Assembly: GCA_000004695.1 (NCBI GenBank)
Contig: CM000154.2
Location: forward strand, 4,544,001 to 4,608,000
DNA: 64,000 nucleotides
Direction of reading: 5' to 3'
DNA from: Dictyostelium discoideum
Taxonomy: Eukaryota
A program made the translations under genes and the position numbers. Below are positions 63,556 to 64,000 of the stretch, piece by piece. Every line of letters starts with the position of its first letter. The stretch's first letter is position 1. The notes under the pieces were generated by a model. That model was not told the DNA's origin. It worked only from the letters and a program-made list of their open reading frames with translations, and did not search any database.

Positions 63556-63830
63556 CAAATTGGTACTTACTTGAAATGATACTGTTTCATTATCAATGAT
63601 TATCTCCTTGTAGTGAAAATCTAGTGCAATTGAGTAACCCCATTGAAAAATAGGTCTACCCATATATAATTCTTAATAATCGATAATTTACCCACCATTC
63701 TATCACCAATTGTTATTATCTTGTAAAAAAAATGCATATGCTTTAATACTTATATCTGATTTTAATAAGAATTTTTTTTTTTTTTTTTTAAAATACCTTT
63801 AAAAGTTTTCTTTTATTATCCATCACTATT
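63180..63830 (-). pseudogene. Degenerate third copy of the Rab-like gene. The P-loop is mutated, there is a frameshift, the G3 box is lost and the C-terminus is replaced.
   Basis: - The first exon is intact in form: MDNKRKLLK |GTATTT (63831..63805).
- The P-loop exon reads [18 protein letters not shown] (GDSxVGKTS has become GDRMVGKLS), then shifts frame to [31 protein letters not shown] |GTAAGT.
- Last exon: [84 protein letters not shown], after which the sequence diverges ([17 protein letters not shown]). The G5 SAK box and the CC tail are gone. Confidence 0.55.
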
Positions 63831-64000
63831 ATCTGATTAATTTGAAACTTGAAAAAAAAAAAAAAAAAAAAAAAAAAAGTGAGAGAAAGAAAAGTAAAAA
63901 AAGTCAGAGTAAGAAAAGCATGCTTTTGAACTTTTTTTTTTTTATTTTTTTTTTTTTTTTGACCACAGAGAAAAAAAAAAGAAAAAAAAAATTTGGTTGT

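Overview
This window is nuclear DNA from a social amoeba, almost certainly Dictyostelium discoideum or a very close relative. I infer that from about 78% AT overall, more than 90% AT intergenic DNA, (AAT)n and (CAA)n codon repeats giving poly-Asn and poly-Gln tracts, short AT-rich GTAAGT...AG introns, and a highly reducing type I polyketide synthase family. It is a eukaryotic window, so there are no CRISPR arrays or operons; the ATG-initiated ORF track is only a rough guide, and I reconstructed most genes across introns by hand. The window also holds two 100-nt N-run assembly gaps.

Contents in order:
- 1..14976: a tandem polyketide synthase locus. It holds the 3' part of PKS-A, a mosaic PKS pseudogene fragment, and a complete ~2930-aa PKS-B. 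PKS-B has the domain order KS-AT-DH-MT-ER-KR-ACP plus a C-terminal NAD-dependent reductase (R) domain. The PKS-A copy has lost the R domain by deletion.
- A type II NADH dehydrogenase (NDH-2) gene with three exons.
- Two tandem small C2-domain proteins, with a third paralog about 10 kb away on the other strand.
- Dynactin subunit 6 (p27).
- An eIF2B-delta-like gene.
- A SID1/SIDT-like multipass membrane protein.
- A JmjC/cupin protein.
- A ~1750-aa GBF1-type Sec7 ARF-GEF.
- A damaged MTS-family methyltransferase-like gene carrying an in-frame TAG and a frameshift.
- MED20.
- A Rab1-like GTPase.
- A two-exon gene that fuses a DUF218 (YdcF/SanA-like) domain to a class I methyltransferase-like domain.
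- A large Myb/SANT-repeat protein.
- A minus-strand array of four Rab-like GTPase genes whose G3 (DTAGQ) motifs get progressively worse; the last copy is a pseudogene.

The non-genic signals I think most deserve a second look:
- A ~240-bp foldback/MITE-like element with 23-bp perfect terminal inverted repeats.
- A repeated TCTGGTGTGAA(A)TCT(G/C)CAAAAAA motif upstream of two unrelated genes.
- A DUSE-like box in front of a short T-terminated segment.
- GC-richer islands inside otherwise extremely AT-rich spacers.
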